Source: Candidatus Methylomirabilales bacterium | GTDB lineage: Bacteria > Methylomirabilota > Methylomirabilia > Methylomirabilales > CSP1-5 | NCBI GenBank assembly: GCA_046758505.1 | Contig: JBHIAH010000025.1 | Location: forward strand, 1-28,790 | Reading direction: 5' to 3' | Length of the DNA: 28,790 bases | Shown here: positions 1 through 7,672 of the stretch, piece by piece | Layout of the letters: each line of letters begins with the position of its first letter | Numbering within the stretch: position 1 is the stretch's first letter | Program-made: the position numbers and the translations under genes | The notes under the pieces: generated by a model | Database searches by the model: none | Told to the model about the DNA's origin: nothing | What the model saw: the letters and a program-made list of their open reading frames with translations, nothing else

Positions 1-198
1 CAGGGGGAGACGGTCAAGGGGGCGCTGGAGACGCTCGGGTTTGCCGGTGTGCGGGATGTCCGCATTGGCAAGTTTCTGGTGATCACCCTCAACGATGTGG
101 GTCGTGAAGAGGCGAGGAGGCGCGTGGAGGCGATGTGCCAAAAGCTCCTGGCCAATCCGGTGATCGAGGACTACCGTTTCGAGCTGGAGGACGCCTAG
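1..198 (+). CDS. purS: Phosphoribosylformylglycinamidine synthase subunit PurS (5'-truncated by window edge)
   Basis: Frame 1 reads QGETVKGALETLGF...VRIGK...MCQKLLANPVIEDYRFELEDA*. LLANPVIEDY is the PurS C-terminal motif. Its TAG abuts the purQ GTG. Not in the ORF track. Confidence 0.95.
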   Translation, partial: QGETVKGALETLGFAGVRDVRIGKFLVITLNDVGREEARRRVEAMCQKLLANPVIEDYRFELEDA

Positions 199-909
199 GT
201 GCGATTCGGGATCATCGTCTTTCCCGGGTCCAACTGCGAGCTGGATTGTCAGTGGGTGCTCCGGAGCGTCCTGGGACAGGAGGCGGAGCTCATCTGGCAT
301 ACAAGGCAGACGCTGGACGATTTCGATTGCCTGGTCCTGCCGGGGGGCTTTGCCCACGGCGATTATCTCCGGACGGGCGCCATTGCGCGCTTTTCGCCGA
401 TCATGGCGGCGGTCGAGGATCACGCGCGACGGGGCGGCTTGGTCCTGGGGATCTGTAACGGATTTCAGATTCTCTGCGAGGCCGGGCTGTTACCGGGCGT
501 TCTTCTCAGGAACACCACGCTCCACTTTATCTGTCGTCAGGTGCACATGCGGGTGGAAACGATCGAAACGCCCTTTACGTCGGTGTGCACCGCGGGGCAG
601 GTGCTCCGAATCCCCATCAACCACAATGAGGGGCGCTACTATTGTGACCCCGAGACCTTGGCGCGTCTCCGAGACAACGACCAGGTGGTCTTCCGGTATG
701 TGACTCCGGGAGGGGAGGCCACCGATGAGGCGAACCCCAATGGGTCGCTGGACAGTATCGCTGGCGTCTGTAACGAACGGAAAAACGTCCTCGGCCTGAT
801 GCCGCATCCCGAGCGCGCGGCAGAGGCGCCGCTCGGGTCCACGAGCGGCCTCGTCCTGTTCCGGTCGATGCTGAGTTCTGGGCGCGCGGTCTCCTCCACC
901 CATCGGTAA
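199..909 (+). CDS. purQ: FGAM synthase glutaminase subunit PurQ
   Basis: [25 protein letters not shown] (catalytic Cys), NPNGS and MPHPER motifs; lies between purS and purL. Confidence 0.98.
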   Translation: MRFGIIVFPGSNCELDCQWVLRSVLGQEAELIWHTRQTLDDFDCLVLPGGFAHGDYLRTGAIARFSPIMAAVEDHARRGGLVLGICNGFQILCEAGLLPGVLLRNTTLHFICRQVHMRVETIETPFTSVCTAGQVLRIPINHNEGRYYCDPETLARLRDNDQVVFRYVTPGGEATDEANPNGSLDSIAGVCNERKNVLGLMPHPERAAEAPLGSTSGLVLFRSMLSSGRAVSSTHR

Positions 910-913
910 TCCC

Positions 914-3139
914 ATGCCAGAGCCCGTCATTACCGCAGAGATGATTGCGGCACACCAGTTGACAGGGGAGGAGTACCAGCAGGTTTTGGCGATCCTGGGG
1001 CGGGAGCCCACGCTGACAGAGCTGGGGATCTTTGCGGTGATGTGGTCGGAGCACTGTAGCTACAAGAGCTCGAAGGTCCACCTCCAGACGTTCCCCGCGT
1101 CCGGGCCCAGGGTCCTGCAGGGACCGGGGGAAAACGCGGGGGCGGTCGACCTGGGCGACGGCCTGGCCGCGGTCTTCAAGGTGGAGAGCCATAATCATCC
1201 CTCCTATATCGAGCCCTACCAGGGGGCCGCCACCGGGGTGGGGGGGATTATCCGAGATATCTTCACCATGGGGGCCCGCCCAGTCGCCCTGCTGGATTCC
1301 CTCCGTTTCGGTCCCCTGACCGAGGCCCGGAACCGGTATCTGATGGGTGGAGTGGTGGCGGGGATCTCGGGGTACGGCAATGCCGTGGGAGTTCCGACCG
1401 TCGGGGGCGAAGTCGGCTTTGCCGAATGCTACAGCCATAACCCGCTCGTCAACGTCCTCTGTCTGGGGATCGCCCCCATCGAGAGGCTCTTTTTCGGCCG
1501 GGCGGGAGGGATCGGCAACCCCGTGATCTATGTGGGGGCCAAGACGGGTCGCGACGGAATCCACGGGGCGACGATGGCCTCGGAGGCCTTTGACGAGAAG
1601 AGCGAGGAGCGCCGGCCCACGGTGCAGGTGGGGGATCCCTTTCGGGAGAAGCTGTTGATCGAGGCCTGCCTGGACCTGATGCGGACCGATGCGCTGGTCG
1701 GTATTCAGGACATGGGGGCTGCCGGCCTTACCTGTTCGAGCTGCGAGATGGCCAGCCGGGCAGGGACGGGGGTAGAGATCGACATCGGGCTCGTCCCGCG
1801 CCGGGAAGCGGGGATGACCCCGTACGAGGTGATGTTGTCTGAATCCCAGGAGCGGATGCTGCTGGTCGCACGACAGGGGGCCGAGGCGACTGTTCGGAAA
1901 ATCTTTGCCGGGTACGACCTGGACGCCGTGGTTGTGGGGCGGGTGACCGGGGATGGGATGATGCGGGTGCGGGACGGGGAGCGCGTCGTGGCAGAGATTC
2001 CGGTCAAGGCGCTCGTGGCGGATGCCCCCGTCTATCGCCGACCCGTGAGCCGGCCCGCCTGGCAGGACGAGGTGCAGCACCTCGCCGTGGACGCGGTTCC
2101 CCTTCCGCACGACTATGGGGACATCCTCCTCCGGCTGCTGGCGTCCCCCGTCATCGCCTGCAAGGCGATGATCTGGGAACGGTACGACCACATGCTCTTC
2201 TTGAACACGGTGGTGGGGCCGGGGGCCGATGCCGTGGTGCTCCGCCTCAAGGGGACCGAAAAGGGTATCGCCCTTGCCACGGACGGGAACGGGCGGTATA
2301 GCTTTCTGGACCCGTTTACCGGGGGGATGGTTGCTGTCGCCGAGGCGGCCCGGAACGTGGTGGCGTGCGGTGCGGAGCCGGTCGCGATCACCAACTGCCT
2401 CAACTTTGGTGATCCGACGCGTCCCGAGATCATGTGGCAGTTTGCCGAGGCGGTCCGTGGGATGGCGGCCGCCTGCCACGCCTTGCAGACGCCGGTGACG
2501 GGCGGCAACGTGAGCTTCTATAACGAGACCATGGGAAACGCCATCTTCCCGACGCCGATCGTGGGGATGCTGGGGGTCTTGGATCACATTTCCCATGCCA
2601 TGACCCAGGGCTGGAAGGAGGCGGGGGACATGGTGGTCCTGGTGGGGGAGACGCGGGAAGAGTTGGGAGGGAGCGAGTACCTGAAGGTCTGTCACGGCGT
2701 GGTCCAGGGTCGGCCCCCGGCAATGGACCTGGATCTGGAGCGACGCGTCCAGCGATGCTGTCTGGAGGCGATTCGGGCCGGGGTGGTTCGATCCGCGCAC
2801 GACTGTGCCGAGGGGGGGATGGCGGTGGCCCTCGCCGAATGCTGCATCAGTGGTCCTGACCGGTCGATCGGCGTCGACGTGAACCTTTCGGAAACCGTGC
2901 GTCCCGATGCCCTCCTCTTCGGCGAGAGCCAGTCCCGAATGATCCTCTCCCTCCGGGAAGCCGATCTGGGCAGGCTGCACGGGATCGCCGGCCGGCACGG
3001 CCTCGTGGTGACACCCTTAGGACGAACGGGCGGTTCCCGACTGATCTGCAGGGGCCGAACGTTTCACATCGATCTCCCGCTGACCGCCGTGGATCGGGCC
3101 TGGCGGGATTCCCTTCCCGCTGTGTTGGGCCAGGGATGA
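914..3139 (+). CDS. purL: FGAM synthase subunit PurL (small form)
   Basis: [46 protein letters not shown] and GGNVSFYN motifs; 741 aa. Confidence 0.98.
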   Translation: MPEPVITAEMIAAHQLTGEEYQQVLAILGREPTLTELGIFAVMWSEHCSYKSSKVHLQTFPASGPRVLQGPGENAGAVDLGDGLAAVFKVESHNHPSYIEPYQGAATGVGGIIRDIFTMGARPVALLDSLRFGPLTEARNRYLMGGVVAGISGYGNAVGVPTVGGEVGFAECYSHNPLVNVLCLGIAPIERLFFGRAGGIGNPVIYVGAKTGRDGIHGATMASEAFDEKSEERRPTVQVGDPFREKLLIEACLDLMRTDALVGIQDMGAAGLTCSSCEMASRAGTGVEIDIGLVPRREAGMTPYEVMLSESQERMLLVARQGAEATVRKIFAGYDLDAVVVGRVTGDGMMRVRDGERVVAEIPVKALVADAPVYRRPVSRPAWQDEVQHLAVDAVPLPHDYGDILLRLLASPVIACKAMIWERYDHMLFLNTVVGPGADAVVLRLKGTEKGIALATDGNGRYSFLDPFTGGMVAVAEAARNVVACGAEPVAITNCLNFGDPTRPEIMWQFAEAVRGMAAACHALQTPVTGGNVSFYNETMGNAIFPTPIVGMLGVLDHISHAMTQGWKEAGDMVVLVGETREELGGSEYLKVCHGVVQGRPPAMDLDLERRVQRCCLEAIRAGVVRSAHDCAEGGMAVALAECCISGPDRSIGVDVNLSETVRPDALLFGESQSRMILSLREADLGRLHGIAGRHGLVVTPLGRTGGSRLICRGRTFHIDLPLTAVDRAWRDSLPAVLGQG

Positions 3140-3149
3140 GCGAGGGAGC

Positions 3150-4448
3150 ATGAACACGATCAACGTTGGCCTGGTGGGCTTTGGGACGGTCGGAACGGGC
3201 GTTGTCAAGCTCCTGACCGAGGAGGCGCCCCTCTTGGAGCGTCGCGTGGCGGCACGGGTCCGGCTCACGCGGATTGCCGACATCGATCTTACGAGGGCGC
3301 GGGAGGTGCAGGTTGACCCCACAATCCTCACCACGGATGCGCGAGCGGTCACCGAGGATGCGGCCATCGATATCGTCATCGAGCTGATCGGCGGCACGAC
3401 GGTGGCCCGAGAGGTCAGCCTGGCCGCGTTGCGGAATGGCAAACACCTGGTCACCGCCAACAAAGCCCTGCTGGCGACCCACGGCCCCGAGTTGTTCAGG
3501 GCGGCAGCAGAGCGGCGCGTCGATCTGGGGTTTGAGGCCAGTGTCTGCGGAGGGATCCCGATCATCCGGGCCGTCCGCGAGGGTCTGGTGGCCAACCGGA
3601 TCCAATCCATTCACGGGATTGTGAACGGGACGTGCAACTACATCCTCACGAAGATGACAGAACTGGGGATCCCGTTTGCAGAGGTCCTGAAAGAGGCGCA
3701 GGCCAAAGGCTACGCCGAGGCCGATCCGTCCCTGGATATCGACGGTGTCGATGCCGCCCACAAACTCCAGATCCTCGCTTCCATCGCCTACGGAGGCTCG
3801 GTCGACTTCAACACCATCCACATCGAAGGGATCCGGGGCATTGATCCCGCCGATATTCAGTATGCGAGGGAGCTGGGGTACGGGGTCAAGCTGTTGGCCA
3901 TTGCCAAGGAGGCCGACGGGAAGATTGAAGCGCGGGTCCATCCCACCTTGATTCTTGAGGACCACCTCCTCGCCTCGGTCGGTGGGGTCTATAACGCCGT
4001 CTATATCGTGGGGAACGCCACCGGGTCGCTGATGTTTTACGGCAAGGGGGCGGGACAGATGCCGACGGCCAGCGCCGTGGTGAGCGACATCGTCGAGACC
4101 GCGCAGCACATCCTCCATCGGCGTCCGTCGAGGCCGTGGCCGATCCCGACAATGGCGGACATGGGGCTCCGGACCAAGGCGATGGATGACGTGCGGACCC
4201 GCTACTACCTGCGGGTGATGGCCGTGGACAAGCCCGGGGTCCTCTCCAAGATCTCGGGGATCCTCGGGGCGCACGAGATTTCTATCGCCTCGGTGATCCA
4301 GAAGGGTCGGCATGCCCGGGCGAGTGTCCCCATCGTGATGATGACCCATGAGGCGCTCGAGGGGGCGATGCGGAAGGCGCTCGCCGAGATTGATGCCATC
4401 GACGTGGTGGGGGAGAAGACCACTTGCCTCCGGGTCGAAGAATCCTAG
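3150..4448 (+). CDS. hom: Homoserine dehydrogenase with C-terminal ACT domain
   Basis: GFGTVG Rossmann motif, VTANK, EASVCGGIP, NGTCNYIL, GYAEADP, DAAHK; ACT-like DKPGVLSKIS; SD GAGGGAG. Confidence 0.97.
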   Translation: MNTINVGLVGFGTVGTGVVKLLTEEAPLLERRVAARVRLTRIADIDLTRAREVQVDPTILTTDARAVTEDAAIDIVIELIGGTTVAREVSLAALRNGKHLVTANKALLATHGPELFRAAAERRVDLGFEASVCGGIPIIRAVREGLVANRIQSIHGIVNGTCNYILTKMTELGIPFAEVLKEAQAKGYAEADPSLDIDGVDAAHKLQILASIAYGGSVDFNTIHIEGIRGIDPADIQYARELGYGVKLLAIAKEADGKIEARVHPTLILEDHLLASVGGVYNAVYIVGNATGSLMFYGKGAGQMPTASAVVSDIVETAQHILHRRPSRPWPIPTMADMGLRTKAMDDVRTRYYLRVMAVDKPGVLSKISGILGAHEISIASVIQKGRHARASVPIVMMTHEALEGAMRKALAEIDAIDVVGEKTTCLRVEES

Positions 4449-4451
4449 ATA

Positions 4452-4561
4452 GTTCATGGTTCATAGTTCAGAGTTCATGGAAAGGACAAAAGATTCCCAT
4501 CTCGATCTCTCAACCATGAACCGTGAACCCTGGACCGTTCTGTGAACCATGAACCCTGAAC
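4452..4561. repeat. Heptamer tandem-repeat palindrome: (GTTCATG-like)x4, spacer, (CATGAAC-like)x6-7
   Basis: GTTCATG GTTCATA GTTCAGA GTTCATG at 4452-4479; CATGAAC CGTGAAC CCTGGAC, then TGTGAAC CATGAAC CCTGAAC at 4515-4561 (reverse-complement units). Confidence 0.9.
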
Positions 4562-4574
4562 GGGTTTGTTTATC

Positions 4575-5630
4575 ATGTGGCGCGGTGTGATACACGAGTA
4601 TCGAGACTTCCTGCCGGTGACGGAAAAGACGCCCGTGATCACCCTGCACGAGGGGAACACCCCTTTGATCCGGGCGGATCGGCTCCGGGAGACCCTCGAT
4701 GCGCCGGTTGAGCTTTTTGTGAAGTACGAGGGGGCCAACCCCACGGGGTCCTTCAAGGATCGGGGGATGACGGTGGCGCTCAGCAAGGCGCTCGAGGAAG
4801 GGGCGACCGCGGTCATCTGTGCCTCGACTGGGAACACCTCGGCGTCGGCGGCCGCGTATGCCGCCCGGGCCGGGTGCCGCGCCGTCGTCGTGGTTCCCAA
4901 GGGAAACGTGGCCCTGGGAAAGCTGTCGCAGGCCGTCATGCACGGGGCGCTGCTCATCGAGCTGGAGGGCAACTTTGACGAAGCCCTCGAGATCGTGAAA
5001 GGCGTGTCGGAGAAGTTCCCGGTCGCCCTGGTCAATTCCGTGAATCCCTTCCGGATCGAGGGGCAGAAGACGGCCGCCTTTGAGGTCTGTGAGCAACTGG
5101 GGACAACCCCCGACTTTGTGTTTATCCCGGTTGGAAATGCCGGGAACATCAGTGCGTACTGGAAGGGCTTCCGCGAGTACCGCGAGGCGGGAAAGGTGAG
5201 CGGCCTCCCCCGCATGATGGGCTGGCAGGCCGAAGGGGCAGCCCCCCTGGTGCGTGGCCGGGTCGTGAAGCACCCCGAGACGGTGGCGTCGGCCATCCGC
5301 ATCGGAAACCCGGCCAACTGGAAGCCGGCTTTGGCGGCGGTCGAGGAGTCCCAGGGGGAGATCGGCACCGTATCGGATGCGGAGATCCTCAGCGCGTACC
5401 GACAGGTGGCTGAGCTCGAGGGGGTCTATTGCGAGCCCGCCTCGGCGGCCGCGGTGGCTGGACTCATCAAAACCCATCGGGATCGGAAAATCCCGCCCGG
5501 CGCCCGAGTCGTCTGCATCCTCACCGGACATGGGCTGAAGGACCCGGAAAGGGCCCTGGCACTTGCGCCACCGCTCAAGGTGGTGGAGGCGAATCTGGAG
5601 GCGGTCGTCCAGGCCATGGGCCTCGGCTAA
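4575..5630 (+). CDS. thrC: Threonine synthase
   Basis: [13 protein letters not shown]-lysine motif, [35 protein letters not shown]. Start placed at ATG 4575 (MWRGVI). Confidence 0.97.
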   Translation: MWRGVIHEYRDFLPVTEKTPVITLHEGNTPLIRADRLRETLDAPVELFVKYEGANPTGSFKDRGMTVALSKALEEGATAVICASTGNTSASAAAYAARAGCRAVVVVPKGNVALGKLSQAVMHGALLIELEGNFDEALEIVKGVSEKFPVALVNSVNPFRIEGQKTAAFEVCEQLGTTPDFVFIPVGNAGNISAYWKGFREYREAGKVSGLPRMMGWQAEGAAPLVRGRVVKHPETVASAIRIGNPANWKPALAAVEESQGEIGTVSDAEILSAYRQVAELEGVYCEPASAAAVAGLIKTHRDRKIPPGARVVCILTGHGLKDPERALALAPPLKVVEANLEAVVQAMGLG

Positions 5631-5639
5631 AAAACAAAA

Positions 5640-5669
5640 CAATGGGGTCAAGTCTTTTGTTGACAAATT
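5640..5669 (+). repeat. Left terminal inverted repeat
   Basis: CAATGGGGTCAAGTCTTTTGTTGACAAATT; the reverse complement of 6632-6661 is CAATGGGGTCAAGTCTTTTGTTGACTAATT. Confidence 0.95.
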
Positions 5670-5687
5670 CGGCTGCGACGGTAGTCT
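5660..5687 (+). promoter_or_regulatory. Candidate sigma70 promoter for the transposase (predicts a leaderless mRNA)
   Basis: TTGACA (5660-5665, inside the TIR)-N16-TAGTCT (5682-5687). The GTG start is 7 nt after the -10 and has no SD. Confidence 0.6.
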
Positions 5688-5693
5688 CTGAAC

Positions 5694-6653
5694 GTGGCCC
5701 GGCCACTCCGAATCGAATACCCAGGCGCCATCTATCACGTCCTGAACCGGGGGACCGCCCGCCAGCGCGTGTTCCGCGACGCGCGTGACTACCAACGGTT
5801 CTTGCACGGCGTGACAGAGGTGCATGCACGTTGGGGGGTAGAGGTCTTTGCGTACTGTCTCCTTGGCACCCACTACCATCTCTGTTTACGCACCCCCAGG
5901 GGCAACCTCGGCCGGGTCATGCGCCATATCGATGGGGTGTATACCCAGCACTTCAACCGGGCACATGGACGCGACGGCCCCTTATTTCGGGGCCGGTATC
6001 GGGCTATCCTTATGGAGGCGGAGAGCTATCTCAGCGCGGTGGTGCGGTACATTCACCGGAATCCAGTCGCGGCAGGCCTCGAACACACCCCCGAGGCGTA
6101 CCCCTGGAGTAGCCATTACGCCTACCTCGCTCCTCATAAGGCACCCCATTGGCTGAACATCGCCCAGGTACTCGGCGCGTTCCCCGGCCCCAAAGCCTTT
6201 CACCGCTTCGTCCTGAGCGGGGATGAGCCTCAGCTCGAGCAGTTCTACGCGCGGAGGAGACAGCAGCCGATCCTCGGGGAGGAGCGCTTCCGGGCGTGGG
6301 TCCGGAGGAGAATCAAGGCCCTCGACCGGGAGCACCCCCGGGCGGAACGCCGCCTCCTCCGCCCGCCCGAGGCCGCGGTGGTGGCTCGGGTAGCCGCGGA
6401 ATACGGGATACCCCCTGCCACCCTTTGGGAGGGGCGGCGGGGCTCGGAGAACGAACCACGCAAGGTCGCCATGTACCTGGTCCAGCGCCTCTGCGACCTT
6501 ACGTTAAACGAAACGGCAGCCAGGTTTGGGGTAAGGAGCTATGGAGCAGTTGGCTGGGCCTGCAGCCAGGTGCGCTACCGCCTCGACAGGGACAGACGGT
6601 TCCGGGCGCGGATCGAGGGGCTCGAAGCAACAATTAGTCAACAAAAGACTTGA
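5694..6653 (+). CDS. REP-associated-type tyrosine (HUH Y1) transposase with DnaA-C-terminal-like HTH domain
   Basis: MARPLR..PGAIYHV.NRG N-terminus, HUH motif HYH (AYCLLGTHYHL), G.LF.GRY, catalytic Tyr in RYIHRNPV, YPWSS. The C-terminal PRKVAMYL..RLCDLTL.E.A.RFG..SY.AV resembles DnaA domain IV. The stop codon lies inside the right TIR. Confidence 0.9.
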   Translation: MARPLRIEYPGAIYHVLNRGTARQRVFRDARDYQRFLHGVTEVHARWGVEVFAYCLLGTHYHLCLRTPRGNLGRVMRHIDGVYTQHFNRAHGRDGPLFRGRYRAILMEAESYLSAVVRYIHRNPVAAGLEHTPEAYPWSSHYAYLAPHKAPHWLNIAQVLGAFPGPKAFHRFVLSGDEPQLEQFYARRRQQPILGEERFRAWVRRRIKALDREHPRAERRLLRPPEAAVVARVAAEYGIPPATLWEGRRGSENEPRKVAMYLVQRLCDLTLNETAARFGVRSYGAVGWACSQVRYRLDRDRRFRARIEGLEATISQQKT

Positions 6654-6661
6654 CCCCATTG
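6632..6661 (-). repeat. Right terminal inverted repeat
   Basis: AATTAGTCAACAAAAGACTTGACCCCATTG; encodes the last codons (ISQQKT) and the TGA of the transposase. Confidence 0.95.
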
Positions 6662-6933
6662 CCCTCGGATGAGGATGGGCGGCCGGATGGCCTGGAGGTC
6701 AGGCTTGGAACGTATGCTTTAGGATGGGCCGAAGCGCCGCAGGCTCCTCACCCCGCCGCCGCTCGCCAGCTGTGCCCCCTGGGTAAGCGTGATGCTGGTA
6801 ACGGGCATCACCACATCGGGCATGGAGGTCCGGCTGCGCTAGCCGCCCGGGCCGCTTAGCGGAGGAGGTCCCGGAAGATGGTGGCGTATGGTACCCGGCA
6901 CGTGGGCGACTCAGATCTCCAACAACAAAGGGC

Positions 6934-6963
6934 TTGACTGTTGGGGGGGGGCGGCAGTATTGT
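6934..6963 (+). promoter_or_regulatory. Candidate sigma70 promoter of the tRNA operon
   Basis: TTGACT (6934-6939)-N18-TATTGT (6958-6963), about 50 nt upstream of tRNA-Gly. Confidence 0.55.
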
Positions 6964-7013
6964 ATAAGTTGCCTGGATTCCAGGCCGTTTTTATCTCCTG
7001 GTGTCTTTTCCGG

Positions 7014-7088
7014 GCGGGAATAGCTCAGTGGTAGAGCATCGCCTTGCCAAGGCGAGGGTCGCGGGTTCAAATCCCGTTTCCCGCTCCA
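7014..7088 (+). tRNA. tRNA-Gly (GCC)
   Basis: Acceptor GCGGGAA/TTCCCGC + T-CCA; anticodon stem TCGCC/GGCGA with loop TTGCCAA; T-loop GTTCAAA. Confidence 0.98.
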
Positions 7089-7098
7089 GCGGGACGTC

Positions 7099-7174
7099 GG
7101 CGGCGTAGCCAAGTGGCTAAGGCAGAGGTCTGCAAAACCTTTATTCCCGGGTTCGAGTCCCGGCGCCGCCTCCA
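7099..7174 (+). tRNA. tRNA-Cys (GCA)
   Basis: Acceptor GGCGGCG/CGCCGCC + T-CCA; anticodon loop CTGCAAA; GTTCGAG T-loop. Confidence 0.97.
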
Positions 7175-7180
7175 AAGATC

Positions 7181-7245
7181 GTTCATGGTTCATGGTGAAT
7201 GGTTCATGGGTGTCGAGCCGTGAACAAGGCACCACGGACCCATGA
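7181..7245. repeat. Heptamer-repeat palindrome in the tRNA-Cys/tRNA-Leu spacer
   Basis: GTTCATG GTTCATG GTGAATG GTTCATG (7181-7208), then a degenerate inverted arm CGTGAAC...CACGGAC CCATGA (7219-7245). Confidence 0.8.
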
Positions 7246-7315
7246 GGGCGAGCTAGCGGTGGTGGTCTGCGTGGGCGGTCATCGGTCATCGACGCACCGC
7301 CTTTGGCGGTGTAGG

Positions 7316-7403
7316 GCCGGGGTGGCGGAATGGGCAGACGCAAGGGACTTAAAATCCCTCGGGCCTAAGGTCCGTGCGGGTTCGAGTCCCGCCCTCGGCA
7401 CCA
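7316..7403 (+). tRNA. tRNA-Leu (TAA)
   Basis: Acceptor GCCGGGG/CCTCGGC + A-CCA; anticodon stem AGGGA/TCCCT with loop CTTAAAA; long variable arm. The Gly-Cys-Leu order matches the conserved glyW-cysT-leuZ type cluster. Confidence 0.97.
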
Positions 7404-7504
7404 GCCGTTCCGTACGGAGGGTTCACCGGTAACTGGATTACAGGGTGGGGAGGTGCCGGGACCAGGTGTCGGCGCGCCGTGAAGAGTGAACGGTGAACCG
7501 CGGG

Positions 7505-7579
7505 AGGCACGTAGCTCAGGGGGAGAGCGCTTGCTTGACACGCAAGAGGTCGGCGGTTCAAGACCGCCCGTGCCTACCA
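7505..7579 (+). tRNA. tRNA-Val (GAC)
   Basis: Acceptor AGGCACG/CGTGCCT + A-CCA; anticodon stem CTTGC/GCAAG with loop TTGACAC; GTTCAAG T-loop. Confidence 0.97.
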
Positions 7580-7617
7580 TCCCCGCCCTCATGTATCCTT
7601 CGTGGATTCGGTACAGC

Positions 7618-7650
7618 GGTATCGCGGAGGAGTCCGTGATACCTTTTTTG
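7618..7650 (+). terminator. Intrinsic terminator-like hairpin after the tRNA cluster
   Basis: GGTATCGCGGA-GGAG-TCCGTGATACC (11 bp, one G-U) followed by TTTTTTG. Confidence 0.75.
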
Positions 7651-7672
7651 TTGTGCGCGGGGTAGAAGCGGC

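Larger units (their letters stand above)
5640..6661 (+). mobile_element. TIR-bounded HUH/Y1 (RAYT/TnpA-REP-like) transposase element, 1,022 bp
   Basis: 30-bp inverted repeats (29/30 identical) tightly enclose a single Y1 transposase ORF. No target-site duplication seen. Confidence 0.85.

Noticed and set aside
617..2998. Long antisense ORFs (793 aa here; also 2847-4457, 4461-5879, 7589-8767, 21077-22375, 25044-26351)
   Set aside because: Shadow ORFs opposite well-supported genes in GC-rich DNA; no recognisable motifs.
3882..3890. GGGGTCAAG, matching the TIR core, inside hom
   Set aside because: Only 9 bp, within coding sequence, and not extended; consistent with chance.
4452..4561. Possible CRISPR array
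   Set aside because: Units are 7 nt, tandem, and without unique spacers between them; no cas genes in the window.
5631..6670. Target-site duplication around the TIR element
   Set aside because: The flanks AAAACAAAA and CCCTCGGAT share no direct repeat.
6650..7592. ORFs 6650-6859, 6699-7343, 7199-7432, 7349-7561 and 7365-7592
   Set aside because: They overlap tRNAs or the TIR, or lack SD and motifs. I could not assign any function to 6662-6930.
7616..7626. T-box-like GCGGTATCGCG upstream of thrS
   Set aside because: Lacks the essential UGG that pairs with the tRNA CCA end, and there is no room for Stem I after tRNA-Val.
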